Below, piece by piece: positions 46,092 through 55,977 of a stretch of DNA of 64,000 nt (position 1 is its first letter; every line of letters begins with the position of its first letter). A program made the translations under genes and the position numbers. The notes beneath the pieces are model-generated. The model worked only from the letters and a program-made list of their open reading frames with translations. It ran no database searches and was not told the DNA's origin. Source of the DNA: a phage; the sequence record PZ445430.1; one strand, 5' to 3'.

Positions 46092-46295
46092 ATGCAAGTA
46101 TATGTTCTTACTAGAGATATAAATGAGTACAATCAAGAGGGAATGTACTTCGTAAAGGTATTCGCTGAAAAGCCTAATAAACAACAATTATTAGCTGCTG
46201 GAGTACCAGAAGATCAGGCTAACTATCTATTACAAGATAAAGAATATACGGAGTATGCTTACGAATGCTTCTATCTTAACTGTGAGACTATTTAG
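46092..46295 (+). CDS. hypothetical protein
   Basis: AAGGAAA RBS. Confidence 0.45.
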   Translation: MQVYVLTRDINEYNQEGMYFVKVFAEKPNKQQLLAAGVPEDQANYLLQDKEYTEYAYECFYLNCETI

Positions 46296-46296
46296 C

Positions 46297-46815
46297 ATGA
46301 GAGATAAAATAAACGAATTACTCTATGAGGAAGCACTACAATTCCCTATAAATAGATTCACTAAATCAGATGGATCTATTAATAGAACTAAACTCAAACA
46401 ACTTCATCCAGACTTCCAGCAAGATGCACTTAATCTAATCTTTATTAGAAGAGCTGTTGAAGCACATGGTAAGTTCTTTGGGTATGAAAGAGTTAAGTAT
46501 AGAACGATGCAACAGCAAGTTGAGATCTATTGTCCAGATCATGATGGTTACTTCTTGCAAACTGCACGCTCTCACTTAGAAGGTCATGGTTGCCGACTAT
46601 GTGCTCATAAAGTTGTGACACGCTTAACAGACTATGGAGTGTACACCGTACCGGCACCTTTCCACAAATTTGTAGTTGACGGCGAGCACATAATTTGGTA
46701 TAATAAAGATCAAAAGTTAAAACAGGAGTTAAAGAAAGATGGAGTACGTAGTCTGGTCAAACCCATTAGCTCTACTCTCCCACAAACTGTTCAAGACGAC
46801 GTGGGGGAGACATGA
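46297..46815 (+). CDS. Cys/His-rich protein, possibly nuclease-like
   Basis: Internal ATG of track ORF 46255..46815; CPDHDG..H..GHGCRLCAH cluster. Confidence 0.45.
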   Translation: MRDKINELLYEEALQFPINRFTKSDGSINRTKLKQLHPDFQQDALNLIFIRRAVEAHGKFFGYERVKYRTMQQQVEIYCPDHDGYFLQTARSHLEGHGCRLCAHKVVTRLTDYGVYTVPAPFHKFVVDGEHIIWYNKDQKLKQELKKDGVRSLVKPISSTLPQTVQDDVGET

Positions 46816-47026
46816 GATAACTGTTAATGAGAGTCCACTTAATCATCAACATCCTTTAGTCCCGACTCTCTACAAGATTATTATAAATGATACAGAATAT
46901 TTACTAGATGATTTTGGTAAAGAGTTTGTACAAAAAGCCATAGACAACAATAACATTTCTATGGGCGAATTAATTAATAGAGCATCTAACTTTGATAAGA
47001 GTTGGATGTTAATTTGGAGTAACTAA
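46739..47026 (+). CDS. hypothetical protein
   Basis: Overlaps upstream gene by 77 nt; start uncertain. Confidence 0.35.
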   Translation: MEYVVWSNPLALLSHKLFKTTWGRHEITVNESPLNHQHPLVPTLYKIIINDTEYLLDDFGKEFVQKAIDNNNISMGELINRASNFDKSWMLIWSN

Positions 47027-47259
47027 TGGAATATGTATTAATTATCTTAGCAATTGCATTAGTATTTGCTATTAACACTGCTGTGCATAAGACTCGTGAA
47101 GCCAATCAGGTTATTGACGATAACGTGAAGTTGCGTAGCAAAGTTACTAATCTCAAACAACAGCGTGAAGCTCTGAAGTTATTCGTGGCTCAAGGTAGCC
47201 TAGAGCATGCACCGGAAGACTTCATTGTTTATCTTAAACGTTACATGGGAATCAAATAA
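47026..47259 (+). CDS. membrane-anchored coiled-coil protein
   Basis: Coupled ORF. Confidence 0.45.
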   Translation: MEYVLIILAIALVFAINTAVHKTREANQVIDDNVKLRSKVTNLKQQREALKLFVAQGSLEHAPEDFIVYLKRYMGIK

Positions 47260-47444
47260 TGGAAACATTACTTCTTATATTACTGGGCGGTTCACTCTTA
47301 ACTATTCTAGGCTTGATACTGATTTGCAGTCGTCTTAATACTAAGAATCTAGAGTTAAACTGTGAGAACGAGATTCTTAACAGAGAAATTAAACAACACA
47401 ATATCGCAGCTCGTAAGCTGTTAGATAAACTGGAGAATAAATAA
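47259..47444 (+). CDS. small membrane protein
   Basis: Coupled ORF. Confidence 0.45.
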   Translation: METLLLILLGGSLLTILGLILICSRLNTKNLELNCENEILNREIKQHNIAARKLLDKLENK

Positions 47445-48055
47445 TGTTTACACAACAAACCATTAAAGTAGTAGCAGATCATGAACTCGACACATGGGAT
47501 TACAGCTTTAAAGATCTGACTGCTACAGTACAGTTTAAATCTATGCAACTGTCGTTTTTGCACACTGATCTTCAAGGTTGCAAGGAATTTCAGGCTAAGC
47601 TTATGAATGCTCGTGCTATCTTTGGCACGGCTCGTATCCCGGCTGATAATCTGATTAATGCACTAATCGATGCTGGATACAAACTCGTGAAGACTGAGGT
47701 GAATCGCCCTAGTACTCCAGTGACTATTCGGGATCCGTGGCAGTCGGGGCCAATCGCAATGCTGAATAATTCTGATAAAAGATTAATGTCGGATATGCAC
47801 AATGTTCCTTGTGGTGGCGTGGTAAGCAATACGCAAGCATATAAGTTTGGGGAAGCATCTAGCGTAGACGAGTGGAATAAAGCTGGCGTTGCAATGATGG
47901 GCTTTGCAAAAGATCGCGGAGCACAAGAAGACTCCGGAGTTTCTAGGAACTCATATACTATTCGTTTGAGCAATCCTAGCAAAGAAGGTGAGCTTGAAGA
48001 AATGTTAACGAAAGTATTCGAAGCTATTGATGCAGATAAGGCTAGAGGTCGTTAA
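47444..48055 (+). CDS. hypothetical protein
   Basis: Coupled ORF. Confidence 0.5.
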   Translation: MFTQQTIKVVADHELDTWDYSFKDLTATVQFKSMQLSFLHTDLQGCKEFQAKLMNARAIFGTARIPADNLINALIDAGYKLVKTEVNRPSTPVTIRDPWQSGPIAMLNNSDKRLMSDMHNVPCGGVVSNTQAYKFGEASSVDEWNKAGVAMMGFAKDRGAQEDSGVSRNSYTIRLSNPSKEGELEEMLTKVFEAIDADKARGR

Positions 48056-48363
48056 TGGATATAATTACTCAGTTTACTGTAGGCCGCTGTAAGGTGGCCA
48101 CACTCAATAAACATACAGTCGGAGTTAGTACATTATCTGAAAACGAATATGAACAAAAAGAAGATATGCAGTATATTCTCTTCATTGGTTCAGATGATAT
48201 GAAGTTACTTAAAGACCTAGTATTTAAGTTACCTCCAAATATAAAAATAACACCTAGAAATATATCTCACTTATCTGAGCAGCTAGGGTTTACGTGGATT
48301 AAGTTAGATCCTTCAGTGAAATCAGTAACAAAAACTAAACCAAAACCGGATGATTATATATGA
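48055..48363 (+). CDS. hypothetical protein
   Basis: Coupled ORF. Confidence 0.5.
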   Translation: MDIITQFTVGRCKVATLNKHTVGVSTLSENEYEQKEDMQYILFIGSDDMKLLKDLVFKLPPNIKITPRNISHLSEQLGFTWIKLDPSVKSVTKTKPKPDDYI

Positions 48364-49085
48364 GTATAAAAAAGAATTTAGCAGAGATTATTAAGTTAGC
48401 TAGAGCTTGTAATGGAAAGAATGTTTCCGAACTTAATGAGTTAGAAGCTCATGCAGTAGCATTTTGTGCAGAGTTTTATCCAGCATATATTAATGCTAGT
48501 GGGCAACCTAAATATAATAAAGATGCAGAAGAAGTTACTCTAGCACCTTCTTATATTAGTTTACGTCGTCTGATTCAAACTGTTGATCCTACTATTAAAG
48601 GATTTTCAGCAGATTCATTCCACGTCTTTGCAGATAAAGAACTCCCGCATTTTAAAGAAGGAAATGCAAAGTCATGTTTAGAATGTTATCCTAATATTCT
48701 GATGATTCCTCAAAAGCAATGTAAATACGATCATCTCCCTAGACTTACAAAGAAAGTAGAACCACCATATTCTTCTCTATCTGAATTAAAGCTAGGAATC
48801 GTATCTACACTTGCGCAGGTTCATCTAAGTATAGTTGACGAATCAACATCATCTAACCATATTCTAGATGCTGCTCACTTTGAAATCTTACGTGATCCTG
48901 AACAAGCTAGAAAAGTTGCAAGATCTGTTAAGTTTGATATCGAAACAATTCTTGACACTAAACAAGAAACTAGATCTAGGGGAAGTGTAGATTATTCTGC
49001 GCTAAATTCCGAGTCATCTTACCTAGCAACATTCCTTTTCATGGCATCGAAGGGAGTCATACTCAAAGTCAATCACGATCTATAA
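48360..49085 (+). CDS. hypothetical protein
   Basis: Last gene of the plus-strand early block. Confidence 0.5.
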   Translation: MSIKKNLAEIIKLARACNGKNVSELNELEAHAVAFCAEFYPAYINASGQPKYNKDAEEVTLAPSYISLRRLIQTVDPTIKGFSADSFHVFADKELPHFKEGNAKSCLECYPNILMIPQKQCKYDHLPRLTKKVEPPYSSLSELKLGIVSTLAQVHLSIVDESTSSNHILDAAHFEILRDPEQARKVARSVKFDIETILDTKQETRSRGSVDYSALNSESSYLATFLFMASKGVILKVNHDL

Positions 49086-49574
49086 ACGTTAGCAAAATCT
49101 TCTTGACATTATTTGAGCTGCATGTTATAATAATCTCATAGATTAAAAACATCAACTTGTTTTTACCTCTAGGCCGTAGATTTACATCATTCCTCGTAGG
49201 AAAACACTTGATGACGGTTCTGCTTGCAGGTTCTCGTCAATTGTTCTTCCTCCCCGAGACTCAGGAGGATGTATCAAATCGCACGCGCCTAGAGGGGCTA
49301 ACTCTCATGAAATGGGGGTATATTAACTTTTATTTACCTTATAATATTTAAAGGCAATATTTGTGTTCAAGATGATACACCGGTTGCCGCTCATCTGCTA
49401 GGACGGCACAACACTTTCTAGTAGACTCCTAAGTTTCTAGGAAAACTCACGCATTCTAGGGCAGTTTCTCTCCAACGTCACATATCCTAGGCCGGTTTTC
49501 CTATACAGGGCGGTTATAGGGAGGGCGGTTATTTCTAGACAACATTTTTCCAAAACACATTTCTGGATTTTACT

Positions 49575-50176
49575 GTCGGATTTGCACACTATGTTTCTAG
49601 AAATTTATGGTCGGATTTGCACATTGATAGGAGTCTCCAAAGTTTTTAGGAACACTGAAAATAGCAGCATTATTTCGGGCCGAAGGCCCATATTTGCCTG
49701 CGTTTTTAGAGCCACAGGAATTTTCACTTGTCAAGCGATTTTGCCCCATTTTGCTAATAAAATTTCGCTTTATCTCCACTAATCTCAATTCTAGCCAAAA
49801 CACCCCACATTATCCCCAAAAACGCAGCAAACCGGTGCTGAAGCACCACTACAGCTGCATCCTCCATAGTTCCTCCCAAAAACCTCGTCGGATTCGCACT
49901 TCTCCCCAAACCCACACAATCACACACCCTCTCATCGAAGTCACAAAAATATTCCTGAAACCATAAATCTGTCTCCTAGCAAACTCATGTCGTATTTGCA
50001 CATATACGGCTGGATTTGTGCGCAGCACGAGTCTGCCCGAGTTTTTAGGAAAATTCATTGTCGGATTCGCACACTATAAAAATATTTGCCATCGGATTTG
50101 CACACTACCAAAAATTGTCGGATTCGCACATATACGCTGGCACGTAATCCGTGGGGGCAAATGTCGGATTTGCACA
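49575..50176. repeat. iteron-like array, about 9 copies of GTCGGATT(T/C)GCACA
   Basis: Copies near 49575, 49610, 49887, 49989, 50060, 50092, 50117, 50163 plus a variant at 50010. Confidence 0.75.
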
Positions 50177-50228
50177 AAAGCGCAGGGCAAATAGAAAATG
50201 CCCTGCCTGCCGAAATGCAACTGATAAT

Positions 50229-50400
50229 GAGATTGATTCGCATTTGAGAAGTGGAATGCGAATGAGAATAGTTATCATTTGACTACCTGAATACGAATGA
50301 GAATGATTTGCATTTAGGAAGGGAAACGCGAATGATAATGAGAATGATTCGCATTTAGGAAGGGAAACGCGAATGATAATGAGAATGATTCGCATTTAGA
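50229..50400. repeat. tandem direct repeats, about 3.5 copies of a 41-bp unit
   Basis: Unit gagaatgattcgcatttaggaagggaaacgcgaatgataat; two perfect copies at 50299-50380. Confidence 0.8.
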
Positions 50401-50429
50401 AAGCGAAGTGAGAAACACTGTTATTTAAG

Positions 50430-50438
50430 TTATCCACA
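50430..50438 (+). promoter_or_regulatory. DnaA box TTATCCACA
   Basis: Exact 9-mer consensus; TTATCAACA-like variants at 50491-50513. Confidence 0.55.
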
Positions 50439-50521
50439 GGTTTATTAACAGCACGATTTGACTTGACAAAATCCTAGCGATTTTGAGGCGTTTTCAACAG
50501 ACTTATCAACAGGTTATTCTA

Positions 50522-50537
50522 CTGTATATTTATACAG
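50522..50537. promoter_or_regulatory. LexA (SOS) box CTGTATATTTATACAG
   Basis: Palindromic CTGT-N8-ACAG; extended TACTGTATATTTATACAGTA is one substitution from the E. coli consensus. Confidence 0.6.
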
Positions 50538-50570
50538 TATTTCTGTGTAGTGAATAACTCTAATATAGCT

Positions 50571-50603
50571 CTAAAACGCTCTGTAACGCATTCTAACGCG
50601 TTT
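50571..50603 (+). repeat. direct repeat copy 1 (ctaaaacgctctgtaacgc..gcgttt)
   Basis: Near-identical to 54700-54731; both preceded by ttatcaacagg. Confidence 0.7.
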
Positions 50604-50686
50604 ATTTTTGGAGGAGGTATTTTAATAAGGGGAAATTTGTTTGCAGGCAGAAAAGGCGGGGCGCAACTATCTGGCCCCCGTTATTA

Positions 50687-50881
50687 TTAGTCTGGTAGTC
50701 GATGTGTGATCTTTTCGCTTTCGCCGTAGGAGTCTACCAAATGTTGATAGTAACCATCGTTATCATAAATCACTTTATCATAATCGCCACGCTCCACCGC
50801 TTGCCGATTTTCCCGCGTATCAGGCACAAAGAAAGTATCAACGGTAACAGTAGTTTTAGTTACAACAATTTTATCACTCAT
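50687..50881 (-). CDS. hypothetical protein
   Basis: Last gene of minus-strand operon. Confidence 0.45.
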   Translation of the reverse strand: MSDKIVVTKTTVTVDTFFVPDTRENRQAVERGDYDKVIYDNDGYYQHLVDSYGESEKITHRLPD

Positions 50882-51011
50882 AACGCCATCGCTCCTAGAA
50901 TGAGAATGATTATCAATATCATTGTAAAGCCATTACCAAATCGTAAACGCTGGGAATGTTTCCCAGCGGTATTATTAGATTTATGGCTTTGTGTTTTTCG
51001 CCACCAGCTAT

Positions 51012-51224
51012 TCACGGTTTTAAATTCTCTATAGTTAATTTTGCGCGGATAGTAATTCCGTATAATTCGCCTCCCTTGTTTCTTACATCAGGTAGCCAGT
51101 CCCACAATTCAGGGTATCCGCTTAAAATTCCTAGCGATGCAAGATTAGCAATAAAACCGGCTATAGTAACCGCTTCCAGTGAAATAGTTACACGATTATT
51201 AATAACTAAAGTAAACTTTTTCAT
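51012..51224 (-). CDS. hypothetical protein
   Basis: Minus-strand operon member; coupled. Confidence 0.45.
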   Translation of the reverse strand: MKKFTLVINNRVTISLEAVTIAGFIANLASLGILSGYPELWDWLPDVRNKGGELYGITIRAKLTIENLKP

Positions 51225-51565
51225 TGCGCCACCTTTCGAAACGCTGTTTCGATACTTTCAGCGGTTGATTGAATATACGCGCCTTTCATAATCAGGCGCT
51301 CCGTACATACTTTGCGGAAAATGTCAATAAATTCATTTTCATTTTCCGCTATTAACGCTTCCCCCATAACCTGAATATCGCATGAGTTAAAAGTAAGAAA
51401 CTGAAAGGCAAGCTCGCGAGCGACAACGGCAGAAATTTTATAATGTGCTTTGCCTTCATAGATATTAACCACGCCTTTATAAACTGGTGAAAGCTGATTT
51501 AAATAGTTTGCTAATAATGCCGAACGGCAATTAGCAACAAAACGATTGCCCTCGTAAATAACCAT
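51221..51565 (-). CDS. hypothetical protein
   Basis: Minus-strand operon member. Confidence 0.5.
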   Translation of the reverse strand: MVIYEGNRFVANCRSALLANYLNQLSPVYKGVVNIYEGKAHYKISAVVARELAFQFLTFNSCDIQVMGEALIAENENEFIDIFRKVCTERLIMKGAYIQSTAESIETAFRKVAQ

Positions 51566-51674
51566 TTGTCAAGCTCCTAAAGCTGGGAAAATATCATGTA
51601 CATTTTTAAAACAAATGCGGCGACGGAACATACAACGCCAACGGTAGCAAACGCTAGAGCAATATATAAGGATC

Positions 51675-51887
51675 TCATAATACCCCACGAAACGCAGCGT
51701 AAAAAGTAGCAAAGTGTTTAACCGTTTCGGCTATCAAATTGCCACGCTTGTCAAATTTCTTTTCTGTAACACGGAAAGCGTTTTTGTTGCGTGCTACATA
51801 TTCGATTTTACAATCTGGACGCTCGAACGTGTTAACATCCACCAGCTTAAAACCTTTGGAACGGGCAAGGGAAACATTCTTTAACAT
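51675..51887 (-). CDS. hypothetical basic protein
   Basis: AGGGG RBS. Confidence 0.45.
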   Translation of the reverse strand: MLKNVSLARSKGFKLVDVNTFERPDCKIEYVARNKNAFRVTEKKFDKRGNLIAETVKHFATFYAAFRGVL

Positions 51888-51889
51888 TT

Positions 51890-52039
51890 TTATTCCCCTT
51901 TACCAGTCATACAGCCTAACAAGTAAGAAAACCCCGCGATACCTGCTCCAATAATAACCACGTTAACGCCGAAAGCTATTACAAACAGTGATAAAATAGC
52001 GCCCAAGATACTAGCTAGAATAGATCGAAAAATAACCAT
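51890..52039 (-). CDS. small membrane protein (49 aa)
   Basis: AGGAG RBS; two hydrophobic helices; below track size cutoff. Confidence 0.35.
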   Translation of the reverse strand: MVIFRSILASILGAILSLFVIAFGVNVVIIGAGIAGFSYLLGCMTGKGE

Positions 52040-52085
52040 TTTATTAGCTCCTAGAAATTAGGGGATAATATACCCCCTTTATTAA

Positions 52086-52313
52086 TTACATTAAAACAAT
52101 TTTTGCCGCTTGCTTTTTAGTGCAATGGTTAGCTTTCAATTCATCCAGCAAAAATCCGGCGGTTTGCTGGTCAATCTTGTCATTGTCGTAAAGCCCCTGA
52201 ATGGTAACATAAGTTTTACCTATGCCGAACTCAGAAACCATAACGCTGACAATAGCGGGAACGGATACCCATTCCATACCGTTAAAAATTGCAGAAGATG
52301 ATGAATGTACCAT
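52086..52313 (-). CDS. hypothetical protein
   Basis: Minus-strand operon member. Confidence 0.45.
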   Translation of the reverse strand: MVHSSSSAIFNGMEWVSVPAIVSVMVSEFGIGKTYVTIQGLYDNDKIDQQTAGFLLDELKANHCTKKQAAKIVLM

Positions 52314-52420
52314 TTTAACGCCTCCTAGAAATCAGGGAAAATTTTCAATCCACCGTTTCGGTGTAAAGGCATTATAACAAAAAAGGTCGCCATAATAGGC
52401 GACCTTTACAAAACTTTACA

Positions 52421-52915
52421 TTAGACTATTTCTAATGCTTCAACATTAAAACAGCGTTTTAGTTCTTTCTGTAAAACGGCATATTCATCCCAACGGGAAT
52501 TATCAGGAATATAAACAAGCTGTTTTAATCGGTTTGCGTATAATAACGCCTTGTTACCAATTATTTCCGCGCCACCGTGTTTAATAATTAGTTTCATAAC
52601 GGTATTAATAGGATCGCCGCCATTTACATAAGTACCGGACTTACTCAATTGATAATGATAAAGACTCGCATATACATTATCATTTTCAATCCATTCCCCT
52701 GTTTCTTCATCTTCTTCCCCATCGCTACCGAAACGAGAAGCATTATCATATGCGTGTTCGTTTGCGAAAGCATCCAGATCACAGCCAGCGGGAACAAAAT
52801 GTTCCTCCGTCCAGCCCTCCCCGCAATAGCCAGTATGACAATCAACTAAAACGATCATATCGTGTTTAGCTTCACTCACACTTTCTAGCGAAAAGCCATA
52901 TTTTTCTTCTGACAT
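52421..52915 (-). CDS. acidic hypothetical protein
   Basis: 164 aa with Asp/Glu-rich stretch (SDGEEDEETGEWIEND). Confidence 0.5.
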   Translation of the reverse strand: MSEEKYGFSLESVSEAKHDMIVLVDCHTGYCGEGWTEEHFVPAGCDLDAFANEHAYDNASRFGSDGEEDEETGEWIENDNVYASLYHYQLSKSGTYVNGGDPINTVMKLIIKHGGAEIIGNKALLYANRLKQLVYIPDNSRWDEYAVLQKELKRCFNVEALEIV

Positions 52916-52979
52916 AACTAGACTCCTAACAATTAACAGGGAAATAGTAAAGCGGGGAAATAATCCCCGCTAGTAATTA

Positions 52980-53981
52980 TTATTCGCTTTCGGTGTTAGT
53001 GGCAAAGGTAGAAATATCGATACCTTTTACCATTTCGTCGATCATTTCAGCAATATTGAAACTCTGTACCATTTCCAACATTGCCGCTTCCATTGCCGCG
53101 CCTGCTACCGCTTTAGCTTTTGCGTTAGTCGGGGCGTACTGGTCAACCGCTACGCTTAACAGGTTAGCGATCACTACGCGACCAATCGGAGTATCAATAT
53201 AACCTTTAATCATAAACGGCGCTTTTTTAGCCGCTACTTTTGTGATTTGAGTCAATGCAATTTTACCCGCTTCCAGTTTAGCAGCGTTTACAACGGCAGA
53301 TTTGTTAGCAGCAACGATAGAAGATACTTTAGACATAATATTTCCTTTATTTTCAGTAGTTTGCGCATTTGCGCTTGAAGTTTGAGAGTTTACAGCCTGT
53401 TTTGCTACGTTGTCAACTGGTTTTAGTGTAAATCCAGCATTTGCAATGTTTGATTCATTCCCATACTCTAAATAATCGTTAGGGATCAACATGTTACCGC
53501 TAGCGCGTTCAAAACACAATACGCCAGTTGTTTCGATTGCGTCACTATCAGCACCTTTATAACTGGATGATAATTCACGCCAGATACTATTTAATAACGA
53601 TCCGACACTATCCAATCTGATATTATTTACTTTTGTTGCTGTTACCTGCTCTTTTTCTTGCACGTTATATAATCGCGCAATGTAACCACTATGGGACTCA
53701 CTATAACCAACAATGATAAAATCAATATCAGTTCCCCGACTATTACGGAAAATGTGATAATCACGGTTGAAAATTACTAGCGCCCTTGTCTGGTCTAGTA
53801 ATAGCGTGAAATCATCGACTGAATAATGAGTATCATTATTGTCTAAAATTTCATCGTGAATCTTTTCAACCATTGCCGCCTTATGTTGTAGGCTTGCTGG
53901 ACTTGATCCGTCTAGCAGGTTGCGCAAACTACCCTTAATAATAGTGGCGTTTGCTGGTACTGCAATTCTTACAGTAGACAT
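52980..53981 (-). CDS. hypothetical protein (333 aa), first gene of minus-strand operon
   Basis: Long ORF with Ala/Lys-rich C-terminal half; no recognisable motif. Confidence 0.55.
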   Translation of the reverse strand: MSTVRIAVPANATIIKGSLRNLLDGSSPASLQHKAAMVEKIHDEILDNNDTHYSVDDFTLLLDQTRALVIFNRDYHIFRNSRGTDIDFIIVGYSESHSGYIARLYNVQEKEQVTATKVNNIRLDSVGSLLNSIWRELSSSYKGADSDAIETTGVLCFERASGNMLIPNDYLEYGNESNIANAGFTLKPVDNVAKQAVNSQTSSANAQTTENKGNIMSKVSSIVAANKSAVVNAAKLEAGKIALTQITKVAAKKAPFMIKGYIDTPIGRVVIANLLSVAVDQYAPTNAKAKAVAGAAMEAAMLEMVQSFNIAEMIDEMVKGIDISTFATNTESE

Positions 53982-54230
53982 TTCTTTGTCTCCATCGTTA
54001 ATCGGTGAGTGAATGATATAGATATTTGTTTGTTAGGGGCAAGAAAAAAGAAAAGGTTTTTTATTCCTTGCCTAACGCTTGTTTTTATGCTAATCGCGCG
54101 TTTTCTATTTCTAGCTATCTGTAAGCGTACACAAGGCTTTATTATAATAAGGGTAGCAGTGAGAAAACGCCGTGTAGCGTGTTCTAGGCCGCTTAAATTT
54201 GATTGCGGTTGTTACTGCTACCATTCTACC

Positions 54231-54246
54231 CTGTATATTTATACAG
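54231..54246. promoter_or_regulatory. LexA (SOS) box CTGTATATTTATACAG
   Basis: Identical 16-mer to 50522-50537; about 250 bp upstream of operon start; half-site CTGTATATA at 54255. Confidence 0.6.
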
Positions 54247-54266
54247 TAGGATAACCTGTATATAAG

Positions 54267-54324
54267 TCTGTGGATAAGTCGCCAAATCGTCGCCTATTGC
54301 GTCAAGTTATTTTGTGCTGTGGAT
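54267..54324. promoter_or_regulatory. two DnaA boxes (TGTGGATAA) in reverse orientation
   Basis: Exact boxes at 54267-54275 and 54316-54324. Confidence 0.55.
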
Positions 54325-54339
54325 AACTTTGTGAATAAC

Positions 54340-54440
54340 CTAAATGATAGTGGTTCTCACTTAGCTGATAGTTTCTTATAGTTATTATTTCTCTTTAATT
54401 TATATGTATATTATATAATATGAAATAGTTAGTTGGCTAA
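54340..54440. other. AT-rich tract, possible DNA-unwinding element
   Basis: About 85 percent A+T next to DnaA boxes. Confidence 0.35.
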
Positions 54441-54699
54441 TAGGTTTTTAGATTATTAATAGTCTGCTAACTGTTTCGGCTGCTACAATCCACCAGCGTG
54501 ACTATCCTTCTAGTGATTGTTAGTCTGCTACTATTTTCTAGCGTTACCAATTCTTAAATGATAATCATTTGCATTGTAGGAAACTTACGAAAACAGTAAG
54601 AAAATAACATGTCAATAGCTAACGCTGCAATGCACAAAAATAAATTTTGTCAATACCCGAAAGTTATTAAATGTGATGCGGATAAGTTATCAACAGGGT

Positions 54700-54731
54700 C
54701 TAAAACGCTCTGTAACGCTCTCTAAGCGTTT
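54700..54731 (+). repeat. direct repeat copy 2
   Basis: Matches 50571-50603; preceded by ttatcaacagg at 54687-54697. Confidence 0.7.
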
Positions 54732-55116
54732 TTAGTCAAAAGCTAGGCAAGTGCATTGCCACTATGCCGATCTCCTCACCACGAGGATTTTAGATTTTGT
54801 CAAGTACCCTAGAGCAGATATAAATGAAAAAATTACTTGCTAAAATGGTTGTTTTGGTGTTATTCGCACGCCTGTTTCATTAAATTTAGTGCGCCGCTTG
54901 CCGTGGTGCGGGTAGTGGTTTTCTTTACGTTTCTTTACAAAAATAAGGTTGCGCCATTTTCGGGAATCCCCTATTATTTATCTCGTAGGACGGCAAGACG
55001 GAAACGAAAGGCCAGAATACAACGGCGGGGAAGTTTACCGCCACGCTCTTTAAAAATTAGGGAACATCTTAAAGCCTATCGGCGGTAAACTTATACATTA
55101 TAAGGAACTGACGATA

Positions 55117-55335
55117 ATGATCAAATCAAAAAACGCTTTAGTGATTAGTGCAAAACCTGCTAGCGCATTAGATAGCAGAACAAAAAATTTGTTGACAGTA
55201 GCGCAACGATCTGTAAAATACAGATTCAAGCAATACAAGAAAGGTAAGCAGCAAGGTCTGGAAATGGTGTGGCGTAATATAATGATTGATTTATATAACT
55301 CACATCAAATCGAAAAAAGTTTAAAAAACGCTTGA
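55117..55335 (+). CDS. hypothetical basic protein
   Basis: AAGGAA RBS. Confidence 0.4.
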   Translation: MIKSKNALVISAKPASALDSRTKNLLTVAQRSVKYRFKQYKKGKQQGLEMVWRNIMIDLYNSHQIEKSLKNA

Positions 55336-55501
55336 CACGCTAGCCGATAGGTTTTAAGATGTTCCCCGTAGTAACTGCTCTTTAACAATTTGGAAAAACG
55401 GTAATGTTTAGGCTAACTCCTAGCGGATTATAATCTAATAGCGTTTCAAAGTATCGAGGCGCTATTGTGGAATAATCCCCCAATAAACCGGAGTATTAAA
55501 A

Positions 55502-55753
55502 ATGCAAAACGTTATTACCGCGCCGAAAGTAGGTCAATCTGTATTTATTCCTTTCGTTACTAAAACGGATGAATTAACTGGAAAAGCCGAACGTATTAAA
55601 GGTGCGGCGCTTGATCCTTTCGATAAAATTGAAGCGGTCTATGCGGAAACGGAACGCAGTAACCACGGCAAGCCAATTTATAATGTTCGCGTTAAATCCG
55701 GCGACGTTGTAAAGGTCATTCAGAAAGATGATAAATGGCAAGCTATCGCCTAG
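55502..55753 (+). CDS. hypothetical protein
   Basis: GGAG RBS. Confidence 0.45.
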   Translation: MQNVITAPKVGQSVFIPFVTKTDELTGKAERIKGAALDPFDKIEAVYAETERSNHGKPIYNVRVKSGDVVKVIQKDDKWQAIA

Positions 55754-55977
55754 TAGCTTATTACTAACCCGCGCCTTTAATCGGCGTAAATAAATAAGGC
55801 TAGCGCCTCATGTTAGATTTTCGATATATTAACCATGTAGTGTGAACAATGTTATGGCACACAATTTAAACTTATATGATTAGTGTTACTTTTATATTGC
55901 CCTGAAATATGGGCAATATAACGATTAACATTAGTTAATCATAATCCCTTAATTAATAATTGAATGGAGTATTTATT

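Noticed and set aside
49157-50395. Track ORFs inside the iteron and tandem-repeat region (both strands)
   Set aside because: No RBS, mutually overlapping in several frames, and translations are dominated by repeat-derived sequence.
50229-50400. Possible CRISPR array (regular short repeats)
   Set aside because: The 41-bp units are contiguous with no unique spacers and no cas genes nearby.
50522-54246. Temperate prophage or integrative element inferred from LexA boxes
   Set aside because: No integrase, recombinase or repressor-like gene is visible in the window and the surrounding gene content is that of a virulent T5-like phage.
54009-55088. ORFs 54009..54254 and 54837..55088 in the AT-rich DnaA/LexA-box region
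   Set aside because: Non-ATG or weak starts, no RBS, and they span operator and repeat sequence.
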